IMG/VR virus record: IMGVR_UViG_3300032224_000970
Span: 1-64,000 of that record
DNA: 64,000 bases
Origin: a virus
Reading direction: 5' to 3' (one strand)
How positions within the stretch are numbered: the stretch's first letter is position 1; each line of letters starts with the position of its first letter. The position numbers and the translations under genes were made by a program. The notes under the pieces were generated by a model. The model was not told the DNA's origin and ran no database searches. It worked only from the letters and a program-made list of their open reading frames with translations. Shown here piece by piece: positions 15,766-25,606 of this stretch.

Positions 15766-17081
15766 GCGGACCAGAACAAAATATATCTGCAGACATTTTA
15801 AGGTTTGCAGGTGACGTAAAAGTTGAAGATGTTACTATCACATCGATGGTAAGTGGTCTGTCATTCAACGTAACCAATCAGGTTGTTACGATTGAATTCT
15901 TTGAAGATATGTTTTCTCCATTTATGACTGGTGCGTTAATCCTTAGAGAATCTTTTGATTTTGCAAATACGTTACCAATCGTTGGACAAGAATTACTTGA
16001 CATAACTGTATCAACACCAACTCTTGAGGATAGTGGTGGTAGAATCTCTGGCAGATTCTATGTTTACAATATGTCAGATAGAGAAGAGCCATCTGAAAGA
16101 AGTACTATCTTCAGACTTGGTTTTATTACTGGCGAAGCAATGGTTGACCTAAACCAAAAAATCTCCAGATCTTATGATGGTAAAATTTCAGATATTGTAC
16201 AAAGACTAATCACTGAAGAATCTGCACTCTCATCAGAGAAACGATACAATATTGAAGAGACTAAAAATAAAACCAAATATATATCAAATTATTGGTCACC
16301 TATCAGAAACATCAACTTCCTTCTTGACAATGCTGTAACTATCGTTGGCAACCCAACCTTTACTTTCTTTGAAAATAGAAATGGTTTTAATTTCGTTTCA
16401 CTTGATTATCTGAATGCACAGAATACAAAACAAGAATTTATTTACAATAATGCAGAGGATATGATTAATAAGGGTGGTGGATCTAGTCGTGTGCCCGAAC
16501 GTGAGTTTAAAAAGATTACAGAGTTGAGAGTTCCAGTATCAAATGACTTTTTGAAGAATGCTTCGTCAGGTGTTTACAGATCTAGATTAAAATTTAATGA
16601 CTTGACTACTAAGCGTTATTTTGATAAGAAATTTTCATATCTTAAAAACTGGGGTGAAAGTTCTAAAGAAGTGCGACTAAACAAATATCCAATCGCAGCT
16701 AATAATGTTTTTTCTTTATATGACTCTACTATTTTTCACGAAGTTATTGTAACTCAGTTATTCTCTAACTATGGTGATGTTTCAAATGCAAGAGTTATGC
16801 AACAACGTATATCACGTCTTCGTCAGGCGATGGCATACAAAATTGAAATTGTTGTTGCAGGAAGATTAGATTATACAGTTGGTCAGAAGGTAATGGTGAC
16901 AACATTTAAAAACCAGCCTATCGGCAGAGAAGATGATATAAATGCAGAGAAGGATAAAATTATTGGTGGCTACTATCTTATCGCAGCCATAAATCATATT
17001 ATCGATAAAGAAAAACATGAGTGTCATATGGAATTAATTAAAGACTCATTGACAATGGATTTGAATAAGGGTGGCATATGA
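15762..17081 (+). CDS. baseplate hub protein (gp27-like)
   Basis: Between gp53 and gp5; FFENRNGFNFVSL, GYYLIAAINH. Confidence 0.65.
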   Translation: MSGPEQNISADILRFAGDVKVEDVTITSMVSGLSFNVTNQVVTIEFFEDMFSPFMTGALILRESFDFANTLPIVGQELLDITVSTPTLEDSGGRISGRFYVYNMSDREEPSERSTIFRLGFITGEAMVDLNQKISRSYDGKISDIVQRLITEESALSSEKRYNIEETKNKTKYISNYWSPIRNINFLLDNAVTIVGNPTFTFFENRNGFNFVSLDYLNAQNTKQEFIYNNAEDMINKGGGSSRVPEREFKKITELRVPVSNDFLKNASSGVYRSRLKFNDLTTKRYFDKKFSYLKNWGESSKEVRLNKYPIAANNVFSLYDSTIFHEVIVTQLFSNYGDVSNARVMQQRISRLRQAMAYKIEIVVAGRLDYTVGQKVMVTTFKNQPIGREDDINAEKDKIIGGYYLIAAINHIIDKEKHECHMELIKDSLTMDLNKGGI

Positions 17082-19912
17082 TAGGTGTTGGATATTATAC
17101 TGGTGTAGTTGAGGATAGAGACGATCCACTAAGACTTGGTCGTTGTCGTGTACGTGTAGTTGGTTTACATACAGAAAATAAAACTGTTCTTCCAACTGAA
17201 GACTTACCATGGGCATACCCACTTCAACCAGTAACTTCAGCAGCAATGAATGGTATTGGATGGACACCTACTGGTCCAGTTCTTGGTACATGGGTTGTTA
17301 TTATCTTCAGAGATGCTGAGCAACAAGAACCAATTATGCTGGGAACTTTTGGTGGTATCCCGCAAACTAAATCTGCGCAGCACATTAATGATGAGAATGC
17401 AGATGTTATTGCAACTGATAGTGGTGTTTTAACAGATTCAAGCGGAGAAGCTGTAAAGACAGCTGATGGTATCCCTGTAACTGTTGGTAGTGTTGAAGCT
17501 GGTAATAATTCACCTGATGCAGAACCAGCTGGTGGAGAACCAGCACTTACTGAACAGAAAACTCCAAATGCTGCATCTGATTCCGCACTCAAAACAGATA
17601 TTCCTACTACACCTCCACCAAATTCTACACCAAACCCAACACAGGCTAAACAAAACATTCAGTATCTTTTAGACGCATGTGAAAAAGTTGGATTAACTAG
17701 CAAATACGCCAAGTGCGCAGTTCTCGCTATCGCTGGTGGAGAAACTGGCTGGCAACCAATCGGTGAATATACATATTATACTGCAAGTACTTTGATGAGA
17801 ATTTTTGGAAGAACATTTCCTCCAGGAAGTGAAGCAGAAGCTGCAGCATACGCTAAGTGGGATTACAAAATTAAAGGAAGAGAAGACTTTTTCCGTAAAA
17901 TTTATTCTCCAAGTGGTAATGGTTCTTTCGTTGGAAATACTCAACCAGATGATGGTGCAAAATATTACGGACGAGGTTTTAATCAATTAACAGGTAGAGC
18001 TGGATATCTACAGGCACAGAATTTTTTAAAGAGCAAGGGTATTGCGATTGATCTTATGAACAATCCTGATTCTGTTTTAACAGATCCCAAAGTAGCTGCT
18101 CTTGCTTGTGCTGCATTCTATATCTTGAATGTCAAACATAATCAAAATGATCCAGGATATTTTATTGCTGCAAGAAAACGAACAGGTGCAGATGCTGGCA
18201 CTGGATATGCGAAGAAGCAGACATACTATGAGTATTTCCTTGGTGCTTCTGTTTCTTCCAGTCCTACGAACAAACCACCTGCCGATGAAAACAAAACATA
18301 TACTAAAGAAGAAGTTGCAGATCTTCCACCATCAAAACAACAGGCACTGTTAGAATCAAGAACAGAAAATGCTACTGTTGGTTTCTGCGACCCAAATGGA
18401 AAATATCCATTACGTAACCTAATGGATGAGCCAGATACCAATCGTCTCGCACGTGGTGTTATTAAAGAAACTGCTATTGAGTATAAAGACTCTGTGAGAA
18501 CTAAACAGATTCCATTGGCAAATACAACTGAAGTATGGGAGCAACCAATTGCTCCATTCGGTGGTAAGTATCCTTACGTCAAAGTTTATGAAACTGAGTC
18601 AGGACATCTACAAGTATTTGACGATACACCTACGCATGAAACAATCAGTCTGTATCATAAGGCTGGAACATTTATTGATGTTGATGCGAATGGAACACAG
18701 GTTAATAAAATTGTAGGGGATGGTTATTATATTATCGATAAGAATGGTTCTATTCATATCGGTGGCGCAGCGAAAGTAACAGTCGGTAACTCTGTAAACA
18801 TTTTAGTGCAAGGACGTGCTGATGTTCAAATTCAAGGACCAACAACTATCAATGTAAATAACAGTGTTGATCTTGGTGTAGCAGGTGACTTTAATGTTGC
18901 TGTTGGTGGTGACTATAATGTAAAGGTTGCTGGAAGTTACAATGTTTCTGCGGATGGTGATGTTAACCAAACTTCACAGGGAAATACTATTATTCAATCA
19001 AGCGGAGATTTGGGTATCATCTCTAGTGGCGATTCAAAGTTCTTTGCAGGTGGCACTCATAATATTAAAGCAAGTGGTAATGTTAATGTTGATGGTTCAG
19101 AGTTCCATGGTCAGGAAGGATCTGCTTCTTCACCAGAAGGTGTTGAGCCAGTTGATTTAACTCCACCAGAGAATATCGGTTTTGTTACAGATCAATTTGG
19201 TGTTCTACAAACACCTGTTCGTCCATCGCCACCTATTGATGTTAAGTTTGCAATTAATGAAGAGAACATTGCACAGACAGAAGATTATATTGCAAACCCA
19301 GATAAATATAATAACCCAACTGCAGCTGATAATGGTGTTAAACAGAATTATGCTGGAACACCAAAATCTGATGGACAAGGTAAATCATTAAAATCTGATG
19401 CTGCTCCAAGTGACATCTATGAATTCTTGAGAAAACAACTTGAATTGACTTCTCAGACTGATTACTGGAGAGAAACTGGACAGAATGGTAATAAGAGCAA
19501 TCCAAACATTACCCGTATTTGGGCAGACTTAGGATACCCAACATCTTCTCCATGGAACACTGACCAAACTGCATGGTGTATGGGATTTGTAAATTATACA
19601 TTGAAACAATGTGGTTATCGTTATGTTCAGGAAGCAGGTTCTCGAGCAATCGCAGCAAATCCATCTAGGTGGAATGCAACTAAAGTTACTGTTGCAGATG
19701 CTCAGCCAGGAGATATTGTTCTTTGGGATTTTGGTCACGTAAACTTTGTTTATACTGCTGAGAGTGGAAAGCTGTCGTTCGTTGGAGGTAATCAGTCTCC
19801 AAAGAATAAGGGTAATAATCCAAATGATGGAGATGTAACTCAATCATGGCCATCTGGATGGACATCGGCACGTGGTGGTATTGTTGGAATCTTTAGACCG
19901 AGCAAGACATGA
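17078..19912 (+). CDS. gp5: baseplate spike with OB-fold, GH19-like muramidase, beta-helix and C-terminal TIGR02594/CHAP-like domain
   Basis: GVVEDRDDPLRLGRCRVR, LPWA, YYGRGFNQLTGR, ETESGH..FDDTP, TAWCMGFV..GHVNF..GGNQS. Confidence 0.92.
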   Translation: MIGVGYYTGVVEDRDDPLRLGRCRVRVVGLHTENKTVLPTEDLPWAYPLQPVTSAAMNGIGWTPTGPVLGTWVVIIFRDAEQQEPIMLGTFGGIPQTKSAQHINDENADVIATDSGVLTDSSGEAVKTADGIPVTVGSVEAGNNSPDAEPAGGEPALTEQKTPNAASDSALKTDIPTTPPPNSTPNPTQAKQNIQYLLDACEKVGLTSKYAKCAVLAIAGGETGWQPIGEYTYYTASTLMRIFGRTFPPGSEAEAAAYAKWDYKIKGREDFFRKIYSPSGNGSFVGNTQPDDGAKYYGRGFNQLTGRAGYLQAQNFLKSKGIAIDLMNNPDSVLTDPKVAALACAAFYILNVKHNQNDPGYFIAARKRTGADAGTGYAKKQTYYEYFLGASVSSSPTNKPPADENKTYTKEEVADLPPSKQQALLESRTENATVGFCDPNGKYPLRNLMDEPDTNRLARGVIKETAIEYKDSVRTKQIPLANTTEVWEQPIAPFGGKYPYVKVYETESGHLQVFDDTPTHETISLYHKAGTFIDVDANGTQVNKIVGDGYYIIDKNGSIHIGGAAKVTVGNSVNILVQGRADVQIQGPTTINVNNSVDLGVAGDFNVAVGGDYNVKVAGSYNVSADGDVNQTSQGNTIIQSSGDLGIISSGDSKFFAGGTHNIKASGNVNVDGSEFHGQEGSASSPEGVEPVDLTPPENIGFVTDQFGVLQTPVRPSPPIDVKFAINEENIAQTEDYIANPDKYNNPTAADNGVKQNYAGTPKSDGQGKSLKSDAAPSDIYEFLRKQLELTSQTDYWRETGQNGNKSNPNITRIWADLGYPTSSPWNTDQTAWCMGFVNYTLKQCGYRYVQEAGSRAIAANPSRWNATKVTVADAQPGDIVLWDFGHVNFVYTAESGKLSFVGGNQSPKNKGNNPNDGDVTQSWPSGWTSARGGIVGIFRPSKT

Positions 19913-20397
19913 GTTGGGCACCATCTACAACAGAACTTGGACCACATGCTGAATTTGAAACTTTCAGTCATACAATAACGTATGAGGTTATAGATCCAAT
20001 ACTTGGAACTACTTCTTATAGTGTAAGAATACTTCCTCAGGAAACATTACCAGCTACAGTTAATATAACTGGAGCAACACTTTCTGGTTATTTTAAACAT
20101 GTGTTCAATGATACTTTGAAATATAGAACAGCGTATCAGCAAACTAAAACTGTTGTAACTGATTCTGATAATGGCGCATGGGATAAGTTGAATACCGATG
20201 ATGTTTATGAGTTTACATCATTTAAAGCAGATACATCGAGAAGTAGGGTTTATAATTATGTTGCGGAAGCATACGACCCACTGGTTCCTGGAACTGTGGT
20301 TGCTTCACAAAATTACACGCTAAATGTTCGAGACCTAAATTGGACTCCAGGACTTTTAGCCTTAAAAGAAATAGTAACTTTAACACAGAGTAGATAA
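19909..20397 (+). CDS. hypothetical baseplate-associated protein
   Basis: Translationally coupled between gp5 and PAAR. Confidence 0.65.
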   Translation: MSWAPSTTELGPHAEFETFSHTITYEVIDPILGTTSYSVRILPQETLPATVNITGATLSGYFKHVFNDTLKYRTAYQQTKTVVTDSDNGAWDKLNTDDVYEFTSFKADTSRSRVYNYVAEAYDPLVPGTVVASQNYTLNVRDLNWTPGLLALKEIVTLTQSR

Positions 20398-20696
20398 TGC
20401 CAGCTGTCGCACTAGAAGCCAAACAATCAACAGGGCATGGGTGTTTTCCACCTACAGCTGCGGTTGGTCCATATACAACAACTGCGTATTTTAATGGTCT
20501 GAAAATCCAACTAAAGGGAGTGACTAAGTATGCTCCCCATACTTGCGGATTAACTACTCATCCTTCTGAGGCTAGATTGGTCTCAAGCGCATCTTCCACC
20601 TTCTATTTTGAGGGTAAACAGGTTGCAAGAATATCTGATGATATTGCCTGTGGAGATTGTATCGCAGAGGGTTCAGAAACTGCATTCATTGGATAA
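20397..20696 (+). CDS. PAAR-like spike tip (gp5.4-like)
   Basis: STGHGCFPPT, HTCG..H, VARISDDIACG..IAEGS. Confidence 0.85.
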   Translation: MPAVALEAKQSTGHGCFPPTAAVGPYTTTAYFNGLKIQLKGVTKYAPHTCGLTTHPSEARLVSSASSTFYFEGKQVARISDDIACGDCIAEGSETAFIG

Positions 20697-20702
20697 AATA
20701 GC

Positions 20703-20708
20703 TAAATA
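20703..20708 (+). promoter_or_regulatory. late promoter TAAATA (also at 28559, 35652, 40194, 46629, 47285, 55034, 59784, 59822, 62061; minus strand 13615-13620)
   Basis: (C/A)TAAATA recurs just upstream of structural gene starts. Confidence 0.75.
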
Positions 20709-20714
20709 ATACAA

Positions 20715-21107
20715 ATGGCACAAACTTCAAGACTATTTACAGATTTAGACCTTAATTTCCTCGCTCATCCAGCTACCAAGGACGTAACTACGGTAATTGA
20801 TGAACAGGCGATTAAGGCATCGGTGCGCAATTTAATCCTAACATCAAATTACGAGAGACCATTTCACCCAGAGATTGGTTCTCCAATTAAGTCTTTGATG
20901 TTTGAGAATGCTTCTCCTATTACGGCACTTCTTATTGAAAGAGCAATTCATCAGACCATAGACAACTTTGAACCAAGAGTGGCTTTGACCAGCGTAAAGG
21001 CAAACTTTAGTCCTGATAACAATGCGGTCTATGTAACAATAGAATTTACAATACTGAATATCGCTACAGTACAAAGCGTTAGTCTAATACTTAACAGAAC
21101 GAGATAA
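20715..21107 (+). CDS. gp25: baseplate wedge subunit
   Basis: DLDLNF, AIKASVRNLILT..ERPFHPEIGS, FEPRV. Confidence 0.93.
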   Translation: MAQTSRLFTDLDLNFLAHPATKDVTTVIDEQAIKASVRNLILTSNYERPFHPEIGSPIKSLMFENASPITALLIERAIHQTIDNFEPRVALTSVKANFSPDNNAVYVTIEFTILNIATVQSVSLILNRTR

Positions 21108-21109
21108 AG

Positions 21110-22978
21110 ATGGCAATCGAAAGCAAACGAATTAGAGTTAGCGAATTAGACTTTGACCAGATCAAAACTAATTTAAAGAATTTTCTAAGAGGGCAAGACA
21201 AGTTCTCAGATTATGATTTTGAAGGATCAGGTCTTTCTGTTCTTTTAGATGTTCTTGCTTATAATACTCACTACAATGCTCTTTACACAAACCTAGCTGT
21301 AAACGAGATGTTCCTTGATTCTGCAAGTAAAAGATCTAGCGTTGTTTCGATTGCAAAACAACTTGGATATACTCCGCAGTCTGCAACTTCCGCTAGAGCC
21401 AGCGTTCGTGTTACTGTTAATAATCCTACTTCATTCCCTTCCACGCTAACTCTTCCAAAGTATAGTCCATTCAGTGCTAAGGTTAACGATACTGATTATA
21501 CATTTTATTCAGCTGAACAGGTAACTTTAGTTTCGTCAGTATCAACTGCAACTTATGACGCACCTTATGTATTTGGTGAAGTAGAGTTAATCGAAGGTAC
21601 TCCGCTATCATTTAAATATACAGTTGCTGCGGGACAGAAATATATTATTCCAAACCAGTATGCAGATTTAAGCACTCTAACTGTTCAGGTTCAGGAATCT
21701 GCTTCTTCAGATATGTTTACTACATTTACAGCTGCTAGTTCTCTAGTAGAGTTGGCTTATGATAGTAAAGTATACTACACTAAAGAAATTGATGGTGGTT
21801 TATTTGAAATTGTATTTGGTGATGATATCGTCTCAGCTGGATTGACTAACGGTAATGTCGTTCACTTGAATTACTTCGTTAGCAATAGAGCAGATGCCAA
21901 TGGCGCAAGATCTTTTGGTTTCGATGGAACACAACTTATTGGTGGAACTATCTCTGTTACAACTTTATCTGCAGCTGCAGGTGGTACTGATCCAGAAGAT
22001 ATTGATAGTATCAAATACAATGCACCAAGACTTTATACTGCGCAGAATCGTGCAGTAACTCCCGAAGATTATAAAGCATTAATTTATTCTAAGTTTCCAG
22101 TTGCAAAATCAGTTTCTGTTTGGGGTGGTGAAGATAACAATCCACCTGTTTATGGTAAAACCTATATTTGTGTTAAGCCAGAGAATGTTACCAAACTTAC
22201 TAATCAGCAAAAGTCAGATATTTTAACAACGATCCTTTCTTCAAGACAGGTAGTTTCAATTACACCTGTTATCGTTGATCCAGAGTATTTAAATATTGCA
22301 CTTACAACTACTGTCTATTTCAATGATAGAAAGACAACTAAGACTGCTTCTGAAATTGCACAAATTGCACGTGCGACTATTTTAAACTATGACGATACTT
22401 ATCTACAAAGATTTGATGGAGTTTATCGTCACTCTCAACTAAGTCGTTTGATTGATACATCAGATCCTGCTATTATTAGTAATGTGACTACTGTATTAAT
22501 TAGAAGAAACATTTCCCCACGTTATAATGTTTCTGCAGAATATACACTTAATGTAATCAACCCTATCTTTACTACAGGTGTTCCTGAAGGTGCTGTAACT
22601 TCAACATCATTCTTTGTTTCTGGCAGTGATATTGCTCATTATATTCAGGATGATGGTGTTGGTAATATTCAGTTGTACTACTTCTCTGAATCTTCTTTAA
22701 CTACTTCAGAGACAACAAAGGTTATCGTTAATCCAACAATTGGAACTGTTGACTATGCAGCTGGTATTATCAACATTAAAAACTTAACTATTACTGCTCT
22801 TGGTGATGTTGATTGGGAAATTACAATTAAGCCACAGTCAAACGATATCGTTTCTGCATATACTCAAATTGCTCAAATTGCAAGTGATCATTTGATTGTT
22901 ACTGCTATTGCCGATAAGACTGCAAATGGCGACATGCGTGCAGGAACTAATTACGTATTTACTTCTAGTCGTTCATAA
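21110..22978 (+). CDS. gp6: baseplate wedge subunit
   Basis: LDFDQIK, DYDFEGS, LAYNTHY, FGD, QNRAVT..DY, WGGEDN. Confidence 0.95.
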   Translation: MAIESKRIRVSELDFDQIKTNLKNFLRGQDKFSDYDFEGSGLSVLLDVLAYNTHYNALYTNLAVNEMFLDSASKRSSVVSIAKQLGYTPQSATSARASVRVTVNNPTSFPSTLTLPKYSPFSAKVNDTDYTFYSAEQVTLVSSVSTATYDAPYVFGEVELIEGTPLSFKYTVAAGQKYIIPNQYADLSTLTVQVQESASSDMFTTFTAASSLVELAYDSKVYYTKEIDGGLFEIVFGDDIVSAGLTNGNVVHLNYFVSNRADANGARSFGFDGTQLIGGTISVTTLSAAAGGTDPEDIDSIKYNAPRLYTAQNRAVTPEDYKALIYSKFPVAKSVSVWGGEDNNPPVYGKTYICVKPENVTKLTNQQKSDILTTILSSRQVVSITPVIVDPEYLNIALTTTVYFNDRKTTKTASEIAQIARATILNYDDTYLQRFDGVYRHSQLSRLIDTSDPAIISNVTTVLIRRNISPRYNVSAEYTLNVINPIFTTGVPEGAVTSTSFFVSGSDIAHYIQDDGVGNIQLYYFSESSLTTSETTKVIVNPTIGTVDYAAGIINIKNLTITALGDVDWEITIKPQSNDIVSAYTQIAQIASDHLIVTAIADKTANGDMRAGTNYVFTSSRS

Positions 22979-25092
22979 TGATTAACAGACCTAAAGTATC
23001 TTCGATACTACCTTCTCAGGTTCCTGAGTTTATCAGGGAAGACTACACCACATTTGTAGAATTTTTACAAGCATACTATGAGTTTCTAGATGAAAATTAT
23101 GGTTCTGATTTTGGAACTTTAAGAGATTTAGATAAAACTCTTGATTCATTTGTTGAGCATTTCAAAAATGAGTTATCAGTAAATATTCCATTTACTGTTG
23201 TTAATGAACGATTCTTGCTAGAGAAGATTAAAGACCAGTATCTTGCAAAAGGTTCAGAAGCATCTTTTAAACTTCTATTCAAACTTCTATTCAATAAGCA
23301 AGTTACACTTGATTATCCATCACGTCAAATTCTTCGTGCATCAGATGGTAAGTGGAATCAGGATGTATCGTTATTCGTTTATGTAAATGCTGGTGACCCA
23401 GATATGGTTATCGGTAAGATGGTTGATGTTGTTCAGCCAACTAGAATCTTACGTGTTCAAGTAGATAAGCGTCAATATGTTGAAGTGGAAGTAGACAATG
23501 TAGTACAAATTTCTGAAAACATTTATGAGTTATTCATAGATCGTAGATTCTTTGGTGATATTGCTATTGGAGATAAACTTCGTTACTCTGATATATTTGA
23601 CGCAACAATTTTAGCAACCACATCAAAGGTTACAATCCAACAAGCAGGTAAGAAGTTTAAACTTGGTGAATTGTATGAAATTAAAAATGGTGAAGGTAAG
23701 GGTTCTATATTAAAAGTAGCTGCAATTGATGATAATGGTGGAGTTACTTCACTAGAATTTGTTAAGTATGGTATTGGTTATGCAACAGATTTTACTGCAA
23801 CTCTATTACCGTATGGTGGTGTTTCAGCAACCACAGCAGGTGCAACTGCTCTTACGATTGTTGGATCTTCGCCAAGCACTTCAGTTTATTTAAATGAAAC
23901 ATCAAATGGTTTCTATGAACAGGGTACAGTTAATACCAGTGATTATAACGTAACAGGTTATTGGTCTGGTGCTTACGTAGGTGATGTTGTTCGTGAATTC
24001 TATGAAGACAATAAGTATGCTATTCTTGATGCTGATGAACCAGCTATTATTAAAGTAACACTTGGACCATTAACAAAATATCCAGGATACTATACAACTA
24101 ATGATGGTTTCTTGGATGATGCAATTTTTATTCAAGATAGTCGTTACTATCAAGCATTCGCTTATGTGGTTAGAATTGATGAACGTCTAGACAAATATCG
24201 CTCTGCTGTAAAAACAATGTTACACCCAGCTGGTATGGCATTGTTTGGTGAGTTTGATATTCGTAATGAATTTGATACAGGCACTTCTCTTGAGTTTGCT
24301 CTCAAGTATCTGTTCTTGGCTTTCCAAGACGAAGCATTTACATCAGATGTTTCTGCTGGCGCTAACACAACATTCGCACTGCGAAAGATTTTTGATAACC
24401 TTTATCCACATTTATTGCATGATAATGCTACAACTGATACAGATATAGCAACACCATCTGATTCTACTCCAACTTTTGAAGTTAGAAAACCACTGAGTAC
24501 TCATTATCTTTATGGTGGAGTAACAGCAGATACTAATGCAGTAACACCATCTGATTCTACTCCAACTCTAATAACAACAAAGGGTCTTCAGAATCATTAT
24601 CTGTATGGTGGAGTAACAGCAGATACTAATGCAGTAACAGCATCTGATACTGGTGTTAGTACTATTAATACTGTAAAAACACTAAACTCGTTGTTGTATA
24701 ATCACTACCTATTTGATGGTACAACTCTTGATACAGATACAGTATTAACAACTGATACTACATATACTTTTGTAGTCAATAAGAGTTTAGATAATACAAC
24801 ACCAAGATACCTATTTGATGGTACAACTCTTGATACAGATACAGTAACACCGAGTGATGAAATAGGTGCAAATGGTACTAGAACTGTTCCTTATTTTACC
24901 ATAAATAAACCATTGGGCACTCATTATTTGTATGATGGGGTGACAGCAGATACAAATTCAGCTACAGCAGATGGTAGCGGTGGAGGAATCTGGTTAAATT
25001 CTTATACAGATTTTCCATATCCATCCAGCAGTGCATATTTTGCAAACGATAGTGGAAACTATACAACAGGGGAATCCACCTTTACAGGATAA
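22978..25092 (+). CDS. gp7: baseplate wedge initiator (gp7-like) with repetitive C-terminal extension
   Basis: FLQAYYEFL, AKGSEAS, ASDGKW, IQDSRYYQAFAY, LHPAG. Confidence 0.75.
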   Translation: MINRPKVSSILPSQVPEFIREDYTTFVEFLQAYYEFLDENYGSDFGTLRDLDKTLDSFVEHFKNELSVNIPFTVVNERFLLEKIKDQYLAKGSEASFKLLFKLLFNKQVTLDYPSRQILRASDGKWNQDVSLFVYVNAGDPDMVIGKMVDVVQPTRILRVQVDKRQYVEVEVDNVVQISENIYELFIDRRFFGDIAIGDKLRYSDIFDATILATTSKVTIQQAGKKFKLGELYEIKNGEGKGSILKVAAIDDNGGVTSLEFVKYGIGYATDFTATLLPYGGVSATTAGATALTIVGSSPSTSVYLNETSNGFYEQGTVNTSDYNVTGYWSGAYVGDVVREFYEDNKYAILDADEPAIIKVTLGPLTKYPGYYTTNDGFLDDAIFIQDSRYYQAFAYVVRIDERLDKYRSAVKTMLHPAGMALFGEFDIRNEFDTGTSLEFALKYLFLAFQDEAFTSDVSAGANTTFALRKIFDNLYPHLLHDNATTDTDIATPSDSTPTFEVRKPLSTHYLYGGVTADTNAVTPSDSTPTLITTKGLQNHYLYGGVTADTNAVTASDTGVSTINTVKTLNSLLYNHYLFDGTTLDTDTVLTTDTTYTFVVNKSLDNTTPRYLFDGTTLDTDTVTPSDEIGANGTRTVPYFTINKPLGTHYLYDGVTADTNSATADGSGGGIWLNSYTDFPYPSSSAYFANDSGNYTTGESTFTG
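24440..24970 (+). repeat. imperfect 93-114 bp repeats, about 5 copies (HYLYGGVTADTN / YLFDGTTLDTD)
   Basis: Near-identical DNA at about 24501/24594 and 24706/24808. Confidence 0.85.
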
Positions 25093-25111
25093 TTAATACA
25101 AGGAGAAATTT

Positions 25112-25591
25112 ATGAATTTACAAGAAACATTTAAAGCAACAGGCGATGTTTACATTAAAGTTTATGATCAAACTGGTAAACTTAAAGAAGCCCATGCTTT
25201 TAAAAACAGAGTAGTTACTACTGGTAAATATTACATCGCCAATCGTTTGGCAGGTGTTGCTACTGGAACTGTACCTATTATGGGATGGATGAGTATCGGT
25301 ACTGGTACTGGAACTCCTGCTGATGGCGATACAAACTTGGGTACCCATGCTTATCGTGCTGTGTTGGATTCTTTAACTGCAACAACTACTAGCAATACAG
25401 TTACTGCAGTTGCAACTTTCTCAGCTGGTAATGGTACTGGTGCTATTACTGAAGCAGGTATTTTTAATTACTCTACATATACAGCATCTCCATCTGCAAC
25501 ACAGATGATGCTTTGCCGTACAACTTTCCCAGCAGTTAATAAAGCAGCTGGCGACCAAATTGCTATTACATGGCAGATCACAATCAGCTAA
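25112..25591 (+). CDS. virion structural protein
   Basis: AAGGAG SD; NRVVTTGK, GAITEAGIFN, VNK..D.IAITW. Confidence 0.7.
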   Translation: MNLQETFKATGDVYIKVYDQTGKLKEAHAFKNRVVTTGKYYIANRLAGVATGTVPIMGWMSIGTGTGTPADGDTNLGTHAYRAVLDSLTATTTSNTVTAVATFSAGNGTGAITEAGIFNYSTYTASPSATQMMLCRTTFPAVNKAAGDQIAITWQITIS

Positions 25592-25606
25592 TTAAAGACT
25601 AGAAAA

